Part shown: piece after piece, positions 39,967 through 48,957 of the stretch
Position numbering within the stretch: position 1 is the stretch's first letter
Layout of the letters: each line of letters begins with the position of its first letter
IMG/VR virus record: IMGVR_UViG_3300021599_002733
Reading direction: 5' to 3' (one strand)
Length of the DNA: 64,000 nt
Source of the DNA: a virus
Made by a program: the position numbers and the translations under genes
Notes under the pieces: generated by a model
The model's input: only the letters and a program-made list of their open reading frames with translations
Databases searched by the model: none
Told to the model about the DNA's origin: nothing

Positions 39967-40284
39967 TTATTTAGCCTCTTCCTTTTTAGGTCTTCCTCTT
40001 TTAACTAAACCTAACTCTCTCTTACTCTCTAATTCCTTTAACCTAATCTGTCTTACACTATCTTCTTTAATAGGACGTCCTCTTCTAAGTTCTCCATTAT
40101 TTCTTTTTAATTCTAACTCTTTCAAACGTTTTTGTCTTTCACTATCTTCTTTTACAGGACGTCCTAACTTTAACTCTCCATTTTTTCTCTTACTTTCTAA
40201 CTCTTTAATCCTTTGTTGTCTTACACTGTTTTCATTAACAGGACGTCCTAATTTTTTTACTTCAATTACTTCTACTTTTTTCAT
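39967..40284 (-). CDS. AT-hook-like (GRP) tandem-repeat protein, paralog of 37426-37797
   Basis: KLGRPV.EDS.RQ.RLKELE x3 and KRGRPKK. Confidence 0.7.
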   Translation of the reverse strand: MKKVEVIEVKKLGRPVNENSVRQQRIKELESKRKNGELKLGRPVKEDSERQKRLKELELKRNNGELRRGRPIKEDSVRQIRLKELESKRELGLVKRGRPKKEEAK

Positions 40285-40352
40285 AACTTTTATTATTTAT
40301 CTTTATTTATACTTTAATATACGAATTATATCTTAATTATCTTAGTCCTTAA

Positions 40353-40550
40353 TTATTTAGTTTGATCTTCTAAAAATGATATTAACATTTTAACTTCATT
40401 TTTATTTAACTTAGCAAGAAAAGTATCAACATCTACTGTTATTGAAATTTCAACCTCATCATTTTTATCAATTTTAGAAATATTTAACATATGAAATCCT
40501 TCATCAAAGTTAAAATTTAATTCATTTTCATTTAAAATAATTTCTTTCAT
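40353..40550 (-). CDS. Hypothetical protein
   Basis: ORF track; repeat promoter. Confidence 0.6.
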   Translation of the reverse strand: MKEIILNENELNFNFDEGFHMLNISKIDKNDEVEISITVDVDTFLAKLNKNEVKMLISFLEDQTK

Positions 40551-40622
40551 AACCTTTATTATTTATTTATCTTTATTTATACTTTAATATACGAATAATA
40601 TTTTAATTTGCTTAGTCCTTAA

Positions 40623-40826
40623 TTAAAACATACCTCCATTAATTACTAATCTTCTTCTATAAATAAAGTCATCACCTGTATCTATTCCAACATTCTCTAC
40701 ATTAACATCTGTTTTTTCAATTCTATTAACATAAACAAAGTCTGTAGGATCCATTCCTGTAACAACTACTTTCAAATTCTTATTCTCTACTTTCTCTAAT
40801 ACTTCAATCAATTCTTGTACTGTCAT
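40623..40826 (-). CDS. Hypothetical protein (MTVQELIEVL-type small phage protein)
   Basis: ORF track; repeat promoter. Confidence 0.6.
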   Translation of the reverse strand: MTVQELIEVLEKVENKNLKVVVTGMDPTDFVYVNRIEKTDVNVENVGIDTGDDFIYRRRLVINGGMF

Positions 40827-40885
40827 AACTTTTATCTTTTTAATTATATTTTAATATACGAATTTTATCTTACTTATTTTAGTCC

Positions 40886-41065
40886 TTAACTATTAAATTC
40901 TTCTTTAATCGAAAAAGTAACTAAAAATTCCCCATCCATACCATCGTAATCACTCATTTCAAAACCTAATTTTTCACCTAATTCTTTCAATTGTAAACAC
41001 AATTCAATGTTTGTTTCACTGATGTGATTCAATCGTAGTCCATTTACTAAATTTTCATTCTTCAT
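40886..41065 (-). CDS. Hypothetical protein (59 aa, not in track)
   Basis: MKNENLVNGLRLNHISE...; repeat promoter. Confidence 0.55.
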   Translation of the reverse strand: MKNENLVNGLRLNHISETNIELCLQLKELGEKLGFEMSDYDGMDGEFLVTFSIKEEFNS

Positions 41066-41126
41066 AATTTTTATCTTTTAAATTTATACTGAAATATACG
41101 AACTTTAATTTAATCAACTTAGTCCA

Positions 41127-41330
41127 TTATCTCTCCATAAACCACCCAATTAATATCCCATCCACTAAATGACTTACCTCAGTTAATGTTTCACAAGTTC
41201 CTAATGAAGTATTGTATACTTGATTAATAAATATTTCCTTCCTTTCATCACTTAAAATATAATCATCATAAAATTCATCAACTAATTGATTTATAAAATT
41301 CATCAATACAATTCCATCTAACTCTTTCAT
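41127..41330 (-). CDS. Hypothetical protein
   Basis: ORF track; repeat promoter. Confidence 0.6.
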   Translation of the reverse strand: MKELDGIVLMNFINQLVDEFYDDYILSDERKEIFINQVYNTSLGTCETLTEVSHLVDGILIGWFMER

Positions 41331-41372
41331 AACTTTTTATCTTTTTAATATGCTGAAATATACGAATAATTT

Positions 41373-41525
41373 TTAATCTAAACTATTCCTTTTGTGTTTG
41401 CGTTTACGTGTGTATTGTTTTTTAGACTGAATAGTCCTCTCAACAAAGCGACCATCAAAATAACCTTGTTGCTTCTGTGATTCTCTCGTCACACTTAAAT
41501 TCATCTTAATCGTTTGCTTTTTCAT
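41373..41525 (-). CDS. Small basic protein, ArfA-like motif (50 aa, not in track)
   Basis: ...GRFVERTIQSKKQYTRKRKHK... Confidence 0.45.
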   Translation of the reverse strand: MKKQTIKMNLSVTRESQKQQGYFDGRFVERTIQSKKQYTRKRKHKRNSLD

Positions 41526-41599
41526 AAGTAAATCTAATTGATTTAATTAGCTTTCATGATACTGAATATACGAAGGTATCCTCGCAAGTACTATTCCTC

Positions 41600-42125
41600 C
41601 TTGGCAGTATGATAGCCTACACAGTTGTGTCGGCTTTTAAATTTGGAGTGTAAATACCTAACCTCCTATGTTAGTTTTCTAACCTATCGTGTCGTTTTCT
41701 ACAGTAGTGGAGGGAATGCACTTGGCCTTTATCGCACCTACGCCGTAGCACTGTTACTAGCTTCACGTTTTGGTCCATTATACATATGTCAGGGTTCAGT
41801 TTCTCACCATTCTTTCCAACATTTCTCCCCCCACCCCCACGCTTCTATACGTGAGGGGGCGGGGGTTTGTATATACTTTTGAAGTTTTATGAAAGGGGGG
41901 TGGGGGGTGTGGGGGAGGGTTGTACCCTACCACCTCCTAATCCACTATTATAGGGTCCTACTCGACACATACACTCTTATTCTCCTATTCTTATTCCCCT
42001 CGTAATCTCTCGTTTTACACACGTTATATTCCTCCTAATCGCAGATCATCGCGTTTCACTCTTAATCCACTACACTATATACTCTTGATATTCTCCTAGT
42101 TATTTTCACGTTACTCTTAGTTGAT
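41600..42125. other. Non-coding GC-rich island 2 with G-quadruplex motif
   Basis: G6-T-G6-TGT-G5-A-G3 at 41895-41919; C/G hairpin 41827-41865. Confidence 0.65.
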
Positions 42126-42221
42126 TTACACTATAATTCTCAACACTAAAGCAATAAAATGCAACACTATAACTCCTAATCCCACTATTACTGCTCCATA
42201 AAACACTACATCATCCCTCAT
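42126..42221 (-). CDS. Hydrophobic micropeptide (31 aa)
   Basis: MRDDVVFYGAVIVGLGVIVLHFIALVLRIIV. Confidence 0.4.
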   Translation of the reverse strand: MRDDVVFYGAVIVGLGVIVLHFIALVLRIIV

Positions 42222-42223
42222 AA

Positions 42224-42379
42224 TCAAAATTGAATTAGTTCTATTACGTATTCTCCCGTTTTCTTTCCATTACGTGTTATCTCGTAATTCGGATCCATTC
42301 CACTCATCATCACATCATTTATCAACTCATCCACTGTGTTGAATTCTTTCTTGTAGTAATTACAATCTAAACTATACAT
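42224..42379 (-). CDS. Hypothetical protein (51 aa, not in track)
   Basis: MYSLDCNYYKKEF...GMDPNYEI; repeat promoter. Confidence 0.55.
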   Translation of the reverse strand: MYSLDCNYYKKEFNTVDELINDVMMSGMDPNYEITRNGKKTGEYVIELIQF

Positions 42380-42450
42380 TTTCTTTCTTATTTATACTGA
42401 AATATACGATCTCTCCTTTATATCTTCTATTCCTCTATCTTTATTGCTTT

Positions 42451-42654
42451 TTATTTAAATGTTTTGTTATAGTATTCTTCTGCTGAATTATAATCGCCTT
42501 TAGTTAATGAGTTTATCCAAGCATCTTTTATTTGTTGTTTCTCCATTTCCTTAGCTTGATCAATAATGTCCTGCTTCATTGATTCAGGTAAATACCACCA
42601 ATCCGGAGCACTCATTTCATTTAGTAACCATTCTACTGCTGATATATTTTCCAT
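42451..42654 (-). CDS. Small phage protein, AVEWL...AKEMEK family; paralog of 54438-54743
   Basis: Shared motifs EWL, EMEK, AE.YYN.TFK. Confidence 0.65.
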   Translation of the reverse strand: MENISAVEWLLNEMSAPDWWYLPESMKQDIIDQAKEMEKQQIKDAWINSLTKGDYNSAEEYYNKTFK

Positions 42655-42702
42655 AACTGTTTTTCTTTTATACCTGAATATACGAAATTTATTTTATATT
42701 TT

Positions 42703-42903
42703 CTATTCCTCAATTGATTCTATAAATTTGGTTTGAGTGAGTATTTCTGTTTCCCATTCCATACTTTCTTCTACTTCTTCTCCTTCACCACGTTCTTCTC
42801 CAAACATGATTATTTGCTCTGCTTCTTCTTTTGAATTAGCTTCAACAATATATTGTATTGTTTTTGTTGATTTTACTTCTGTTGTGATTCTAAATACTTT
42901 CAT
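42703..42903 (-). CDS. Small acidic protein (EANS.EEA), paralog of 43589-43795
   Basis: ORF track. Confidence 0.6.
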   Translation of the reverse strand: MKVFRITTEVKSTKTIQYIVEANSKEEAEQIIMFGEERGEGEEVEESMEWETEILTQTKFIESIEE

Positions 42904-42953
42904 AACCTTTATCTTTATTTATACTTTAATATACGAAATTTTAATTAAAAAAC

Positions 42954-43184
42954 TTAGTCCTTTAAATCTTTAATATAATCTCTAATTTCAATAGCACTTT
43001 CATAATCCTCTATATCTGAGAGTAATGCGTATTCTAATATATCGGTTAGTAGTGCTATAAAATCTCCTTTATGTTTATGTTCAAGTTGATCTTGCAAAAA
43101 TAATTTTTGTTTCCAAGGAATATTTGAGTTGTATATTTCCGGATGCATTTTATTTTTCCACAGTAATTTAATAGCCTCATCCAT
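42954..43184 (-). CDS. Hypothetical protein with UVR-like C-terminus
   Basis: EDYESAIEIRD. Confidence 0.55.
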   Translation of the reverse strand: MDEAIKLLWKNKMHPEIYNSNIPWKQKLFLQDQLEHKHKGDFIALLTDILEYALLSDIEDYESAIEIRDYIKDLKD

Positions 43185-43242
43185 ATTATCTACTTTTTAT
43201 TATTTCTCTACTTTCTATCTTTTATACCTTAATATACGATTT

Positions 43243-43551
43243 CTATTTTATGATTACTATTCCCTTCTCTATCATGCTATTGATCTTGGTTTTGATTTGC
43301 TCAATACCAAATGTTTCGTCTTGATATTCCGATCCTGCTATTTCTATAGCAAATTCCTCTATTGAATTAAACTCATTGTCACTATAACACTCATTAATGT
43401 ACATCCCCATATCTAAAATGTGTTGATCATTTTGGGATAGCTCGTGATAATCAACTTCATCTAAATTATTTGCATCTAAAAAATCAATATCAAACAAATT
43501 GTTTAATACGTCATGTTTTTCTTGGCCGATTTTTGTAAATTCTAATTTCAT
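43243..43551 (-). CDS. Acidic hypothetical protein
   Basis: ORF track; repeat promoter. Confidence 0.6.
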   Translation of the reverse strand: MKLEFTKIGQEKHDVLNNLFDIDFLDANNLDEVDYHELSQNDQHILDMGMYINECYSDNEFNSIEEFAIEIAGSEYQDETFGIEQIKTKINSMIEKGIVIIK

Positions 43552-43588
43552 AACTTTTATCTCTTTAATTTGATTGAATATACGAAAT

Positions 43589-43795
43589 TTATTTTAATTT
43601 TCTTCTTCCTTTTAACTGCTCCTCTACTGTGATTACTTCGGTTTGCCAATGTATGTTTTCTCTAAGGTTTATCCCTTCTTCTCTATGTTCCCCGGTTTGT
43701 AGTTGATATAGGGCTTCCTCTAACGAATTCGCTTCAATTTCATATTCAAATACTATTGTTTGCTCTACTTCTGTTTCGAATCTAAACTTTTTCAT
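43589..43795 (-). CDS. Small protein (EANS.EEA)
   Basis: Paralog of 42703-42903. Confidence 0.6.
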   Translation of the reverse strand: MKKFRFETEVEQTIVFEYEIEANSLEEALYQLQTGEHREEGINLRENIHWQTEVITVEEQLKGRRKLK

Positions 43796-43797
43796 AA

Positions 43798-44031
43798 CTA
43801 ATCTACTTTAACTATTACTATTTCTCCCTGGTGGAGTTCCACTGTGTTTCCTTCTACAAATGATTCGAATTCGTTTTGGTCGAGCAACATCCCAGTAATA
43901 CATCGTTCCCCATTTATCTCATATATTAGTTCAACTCCACTAATGTGAACTCCGTTCATATGAGGAATTACTTCCGTTACTACTAGATCATTAAATTCCC
44001 TTTTAACAATATCAATACTTAATACTTTCAT
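43798..44031 (-). CDS. Hypothetical protein
   Basis: ORF track. Confidence 0.6.
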   Translation of the reverse strand: MKVLSIDIVKREFNDLVVTEVIPHMNGVHISGVELIYEINGERCITGMLLDQNEFESFVEGNTVELHQGEIVIVKVD

Positions 44032-44092
44032 AACCTTTATTTTTTCTTTTATACTTGAATATACGAAAGCCCCTTTAATTTGGGGCTTCCTT

Positions 44093-44395
44093 TTATCTAC
44101 TAATTACTTTTTCTATTACTGATGTTCCTGAATTGATCATTGTTTGAACTCTATCCCAATTCCCCTCATCTGATTGCCATTCCATTTCAAACGGTTCATA
44201 TCTAAATTGGAAATTACTTAGGGCAAATCCCATTCCATTCATTTTAAACTCACCTTCACCATTTTTCTTGAAACGTAGTGTATATCTATTATCACACATA
44301 CAACTCACAACATAAAAAATCACTTCCTTAGCGTCTTTTTTAATGTCCTTCAATACTGAAGGCGGGTTTACTCTTAATTCTTGATACTTGCTCAT
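44093..44395 (-). CDS. Hypothetical protein
   Basis: ORF track. Confidence 0.6.
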   Translation of the reverse strand: MSKYQELRVNPPSVLKDIKKDAKEVIFYVVSCMCDNRYTLRFKKNGEGEFKMNGMGFALSNFQFRYEPFEMEWQSDEGNWDRVQTMINSGTSVIEKVISR

Positions 44396-44446
44396 AACTT
44401 TTATTTTTTTAATTTGATTGAATATACGAAATTTATTTTAAATAAC

Positions 44447-44695
44447 TTAGTCCTTAATTATATTTGCTAATCCATTCCCTGCATTTATTAGCCGTTTAGC
44501 TATTTCTTCTATACTTTCTGTTACTTTAAATCCACCATTGTTGTGTGTTGTTGTTCCTATAACAGTATGTTTTGCTTTTACTACACGTCCAACATTGTTA
44601 ATTTCTGCTTCTACTTCATAAAAATGACCTATCATATCTATGTTTATATAGATAGGTTGTTTGTCTTGTAATGATGTTACTTTAATTACCCACAT
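44447..44695 (-). CDS. Small protein, FlbD-like pattern
   Basis: IKVT...IYIN.D.I...T.I...VTES.EEI. Confidence 0.45.
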   Translation of the reverse strand: MWVIKVTSLQDKQPIYINIDMIGHFYEVEAEINNVGRVVKAKHTVIGTTTHNNGGFKVTESIEEIAKRLINAGNGLANIIKD

Positions 44696-44707
44696 AACTT
44701 TTATTTT

Positions 44708-44932
44708 TTATTTAATATAAACATTTTCATAAAATTCCTTCAACATTACTCCATGTTTTGTTTTAACATAATCTCTTCTTAGTTTAAACAAGTGTTGTAG
44801 TGTTCTGTTATATGTCCAAAACTTTTCTACTGATTTGTTTGTTGGTGTGTTGTAATATGATGTTGTTTTCTCACCCCATTCATCTACTAATGTTTGAACT
44901 ATTTCTGCTTTGGAATTAAATTCTACTTTCAT
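44708..44932 (-). CDS. Hypothetical protein
   Basis: ORF track. Confidence 0.6.
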   Translation of the reverse strand: MKVEFNSKAEIVQTLVDEWGEKTTSYYNTPTNKSVEKFWTYNRTLQHLFKLRRDYVKTKHGVMLKEFYENVYIK

Positions 44933-44989
44933 TTTTTATTTCTTTTATACTTCAATATACGAAAGCCCTTTTACTTAAGGGCTTCCTTT

Positions 44990-45310
44990 TTAAAATTTAC
45001 TTGCAAACATTAGTTTTAGCTTATCTTCTATTTTCTCCTCCTTCAGTTCATCAATCTTTTCATCAATCAACTTATCTAAGTCAATACCTAACTTTAATAA
45101 ACTATCTTTAAATTCTTTATATGCTTTATAACCCGTTTCAATTTCAACTCCTAAAAATTTAACATCTGTAACATCCACACCTAGATCAGTATCAATTCCA
45201 TCTTCACTAATAAATGCTTGGTGTACCAATGTTAACTCAATTGCATCGTTTTTACCTAATTTTACTTCTGTTTCGAAGCTTACCATTAATGTTTTGCTTG
45301 TAATTTTCAT
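44990..45310 (-). CDS. Hypothetical protein
   Basis: ORF track. Confidence 0.6.
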   Translation of the reverse strand: MKITSKTLMVSFETEVKLGKNDAIELTLVHQAFISEDGIDTDLGVDVTDVKFLGVEIETGYKAYKEFKDSLLKLGIDLDKLIDEKIDELKEEKIEDKLKLMFASKF

Positions 45311-45382
45311 AACCTTTATTTTTTAAATTTATATTTCAATATACGAAAGCCCCTTTAGATTGGGGCTTCCTTTGTTAAATTT

Positions 45383-45778
45383 TTATTTTGTTTTGTTTTC
45401 TTCATCTACTAGGCGTTGCATGGTCTGGACTAGTGGGTCTATTTCTTCCTCATCATCATCTTCCTCCAACACAACATATTCATCCATTATTGCTGTAACA
45501 TGTTCCATTATAGCATCAATATCAATTTCTACATTTTCTAGTTCAATTTCTCTACCACTATAACTCAATCTAAACTCAGCAGTATCCTCATTTACAAAAC
45601 TATTACTATTATTATCTAAACAACGCTCAATTCTATCTACAATTTCTCTACCTAACTCACCCGTGATTGTGGTTGGTGTTTCTAGTTGTTTAATCATTTC
45701 AATCACTTTATCAATATCAACTGTTGATGTTAGTGTTTTTGCTGATGTTAGTTGCTCAATTAATTCTTGCTTTCTCAT
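45383..45778 (-). CDS. Acidic hypothetical protein
   Basis: ORF track. Confidence 0.6.
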   Translation of the reverse strand: MRKQELIEQLTSAKTLTSTVDIDKVIEMIKQLETPTTITGELGREIVDRIERCLDNNSNSFVNEDTAEFRLSYSGREIELENVEIDIDAIMEHVTAIMDEYVVLEEDDDEEEIDPLVQTMQRLVDEENKTK

Positions 45779-45828
45779 AACTTTTATTTTTTAATTTGAT
45801 TGAATATACGAACTTTTTTTTATATCTT

Positions 45829-46107
45829 CTATTCCTCTATTAAGGTAACATCTTTATAATTGATTTTACATGTTATTTTATTTTCAAATATATCATAAGA
45901 ATATAACCACATACATGTTGGACCAAATCTATCTACATTCATTCCTTTTCCCATAAATGTATCTTCATTTACTGATGTTATGGTGTGATCATTTTTACAT
46001 TCAAGAACGTTTATTTTGAATGGTTTTGGTTCTTTTTTATATGTTGTGATTCCTTTGATTGTGAATCGTGTTCCGTCTTGTTGTAGCTTTTTAATAATTT
46101 CTTTCAT
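45829..46107 (-). CDS. Hypothetical protein
   Basis: ORF track. Confidence 0.6.
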   Translation of the reverse strand: MKEIIKKLQQDGTRFTIKGITTYKKEPKPFKINVLECKNDHTITSVNEDTFMGKGMNVDRFGPTCMWLYSYDIFENKITCKINYKDVTLIEE

Positions 46108-46400
46108 AACTTTTATTTTTCTTTTATACCCGAAATATACGAAAGAGAGTTTACACTCTCTAGTCCTCTACTTTCAATACTATTAATGCTATTCCTAACA
46201 ATATTACAAACACTGCCATACTTACTGTTTTGAATCTTTTATTATTTTCAACACTTCTTCTAGTTCATTTAGAGTAAATTCAATCTGTTTTTTTATTTCT
46301 GGGTGTTTTATTCTTTCTATTCCTATTTTGAATCCCTTTATTTTACCCTCTAGTGTGGTTTGGGTTAGCTCTAGTATTGCTTTATCTTCTATCATAACTT

Positions 46401-46676
46401 TTAATTTAACTCTAATTCTTTAACGATTTCTTCCAACTTTGCTTCCATTTGAGCTGCATCTTGTTTTACTTGCTCACTAGCTGAATCTAGAGCAAATACA
46501 TCAAAATATGAACGGTGGTATGTAATAACATTATCATTAAAACCATTGTAATCTGCATTTACAATTGAGATATAACCACCCATCCCATCATCATCTAGTT
46601 CATAGTTTGGGAATGTTTCTTCAACAAATGTTAAAAATCGTTTTGTAACTTCTCTTTTTCTTTGTGTCTTTGTCAT
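46401..46676 (-). CDS. Hypothetical protein
   Basis: ORF track. Confidence 0.6.
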   Translation of the reverse strand: MTKTQRKREVTKRFLTFVEETFPNYELDDDGMGGYISIVNADYNGFNDNVITYHRSYFDVFALDSASEQVKQDAAQMEAKLEEIVKELELN

Positions 46677-46723
46677 AACTTTTATTTTTTCTTTTCTTAT
46701 ACAATCAATATACGAAAGATATT

Positions 46724-46933
46724 TTAAAAACCTATGTCCCTTTTATCAAAATCTTCTTGCTCAAACTGCTCTACCACTGCTAGATCCTCTAGTGCATTTG
46801 TTACTAGTTTTTCTATTTGTTTTTGTAGTGTGATGGCATCTAAAATGTTAAGTTTACCAACACCATTTTCCAATCCAATTGCTTTAACATAGTCATCTAA
46901 TGCTATTAAACGCTCAATTCTGCTTTCTGTCAT
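46724..46933 (-). CDS. Hypothetical protein
   Basis: ORF track. Confidence 0.55.
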   Translation of the reverse strand: MTESRIERLIALDDYVKAIGLENGVGKLNILDAITLQKQIEKLVTNALEDLAVVEQFEQEDFDKRDIGF

Positions 46934-46939
46934 AACTGT

Positions 46940-47158
46940 TTATCCTTTTATTGTTAAATTCTCTAAAACTTTCAAACACTCAACACATCCAACCTCTACT
47001 ATACCTTCATAGTGAGCGTGGTTAGTTGATAATGCTGGGGTACCACACAAATTGCCTTTTCCTGATTTGTAGGCATGTGCTGTGTCTGTCCAAACATTTC
47101 CTTTGTTTCCAAAAATCATAAATCCACTACCTAGTTCTTTAATGTTTACTTTTTTCAT
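46940..47158 (-). CDS. Small Zn-finger-like protein
   Basis: H...LCG...C..C. Confidence 0.55.
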   Translation of the reverse strand: MKKVNIKELGSGFMIFGNKGNVWTDTAHAYKSGKGNLCGTPALSTNHAHYEGIVEVGCVECLKVLENLTIKG

Positions 47159-47219
47159 AACCTTTATTTTTTAAATTTATACTACAATATACGAAATCTC
47201 TTTTACAAGAGCTATTCCT

Positions 47220-47405
47220 TTAATTTAATTCTTTTACTATGTGAAACGTTAATACACAATCAGATACACTCATGTTTGGGTTTTCATGTCGCATTTGCCA
47301 TTTAACAATATTGATAAAATCAATTGTACCTACTTGTTTTTTAGCAATGTTTTTGATTGTTCGTTTTATTCTAATTGCTGCTATTTTTTCTTGTAACTCG
47401 TTCAT
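47220..47405 (-). CDS. Hypothetical protein
   Basis: Likely start MNELQ after the GGTT leader. Confidence 0.55.
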   Translation of the reverse strand: MNELQEKIAAIRIKRTIKNIAKKQVGTIDFINIVKWQMRHENPNMSVSDCVLTFHIVKELN

Positions 47406-47444
47406 AACCTTTTTTCTTTTATACTTCAATATACGAAAACTATT

Positions 47445-47798
47445 TTAATAGTCTTCGTCCTCTTTATCATCATACCAAAAACCTTGTCCTGAGCAATTTT
47501 CAGGTTCGTCTTCAACATATTCCCATCCTGTTTTCCTTTCAACCAAATTTGGTGATTTGAATTGTTTCCCACTGAATGCTAAGTTAATCCCGGCGCCACG
47601 ATCTGGTTCTAGTCCATTCATTTCAGCTAATAGCTCATAAAAATCTTTACCACCAAACTCGCCATAACCATCATAGTTATCTTCTACCCATGAATTGCCT
47701 TTATCATCCAACATAAACACGGTAAATGTAGGTCGGTTTGAATGTTGATTCGCAATTGATTTGTTTGTGTCTTGTGTGTGCCAACTAAAAAATCCCAT
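47445..47798 (-). CDS. Conserved phage hypothetical (MGFFSW...YDGYG.FGG.D.Y)
   Basis: ORF track. Confidence 0.65.
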   Translation of the reverse strand: MGFFSWHTQDTNKSIANQHSNRPTFTVFMLDDKGNSWVEDNYDGYGEFGGKDFYELLAEMNGLEPDRGAGINLAFSGKQFKSPNLVERKTGWEYVEDEPENCSGQGFWYDDKEDEDY

Positions 47799-47834
47799 AA
47801 CTTTTCTTTTTTATTTTAATATACGAAAGGCTCT

Positions 47835-48587
47835 TTAATTAGAACCTTCCTGTTTGCTAAATCTATTTAAAATTTCCTCTGTTGTTAAATCTTCAAATTC
47901 AGCATCATGTTTCTTATAGATTTGTTCTCGATCTATTTCATTTGGAATATGAAACTGAACATAGCTGCATGAAGGGAATTTAACTTTAATTATATCGAAA
48001 TGACCCATACCTCTAGTGTAATCACTTACTACTGTTACAGTTGCGTTTGGATACAACTTTTGATATTTTTCAATTGTATAATTTTTTATTTTATGTTTCT
48101 TATTGTAATTTTCACAAAATGCTTTTTGCATTTCGTTGTGTATATGAAGTTTTTCTAGCAATGTTGATGGTTTGATGTAGCGATATTGATCTTGAATTGA
48201 ATAACATTGTACTTTATCTCGTTCAAAATATAGATAAAACGATGATGTTTCAAGTTTACCATTATTATGGCGCAATCCTATCAACTCAACATCTCCACCA
48301 CACATATCAATTGTAACTTCTGCTTCAAATAGAGTCTTATCGTAACGACTTCCTAGTGTTACTGTTCTTGTATCTTTTCCTCGTTTAAATGTGTTTTTAA
48401 AATCAACACCTAAACGAAATCCATTTCTGATCAATAGATCAACACCATATTTATTTTTACTCTCAGATAAATCAGTACTATTTTTACAACGTTCAACATA
48501 GCTAGCTATCATTTTCTCTTGCTCAGGTGTAAAAAATATACCTGCAAATAGATCTAATTGGTTTGGGTCTTTAATTTCTTCACTCAT
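47835..48587 (-). CDS. Hypothetical protein
   Basis: ORF track. Confidence 0.65.
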   Translation of the reverse strand: MSEEIKDPNQLDLFAGIFFTPEQEKMIASYVERCKNSTDLSESKNKYGVDLLIRNGFRLGVDFKNTFKRGKDTRTVTLGSRYDKTLFEAEVTIDMCGGDVELIGLRHNNGKLETSSFYLYFERDKVQCYSIQDQYRYIKPSTLLEKLHIHNEMQKAFCENYNKKHKIKNYTIEKYQKLYPNATVTVVSDYTRGMGHFDIIKVKFPSCSYVQFHIPNEIDREQIYKKHDAEFEDLTTEEILNRFSKQEGSN

Positions 48588-48624
48588 AACTTTTTCTTTT
48601 ATACTTTAATATACGAAAGATATT

Positions 48625-48885
48625 TTAATTTTCTTTGTCCTCTTTAACATACTTTCTAATCAACTTAAATATCTCAGAGATATCTGTAAATTTCATTTGC
48701 TGATCGTTTCGTATGGGTAGGAATGCTATGGTAAAGCCATGATTAGCTTGGAATGTTTCTGTAACACGTTTACCGTTGATCTCGTTTAGGTAGATCCAAG
48801 GGTAGTTGCCTACGAGTTTTATATCTATTCCAATACGTTGCATTCGTTCTACAAATACTTTTAATATGTCTTGTTTTTTCTCCAT
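48625..48885 (-). CDS. Hypothetical protein (NYPWIY)
   Basis: Likely start MEKKQ. Confidence 0.6.
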   Translation of the reverse strand: MEKKQDILKVFVERMQRIGIDIKLVGNYPWIYLNEINGKRVTETFQANHGFTIAFLPIRNDQQMKFTDISEIFKLIRKYVKEDKEN

Positions 48886-48957
48886 TTTACTTGTTTTAAA
48901 ATAACAATGCCAACCCACTTGAGGTTGGCAATGTTGTTTTGGTTATGAAAAAGCATC

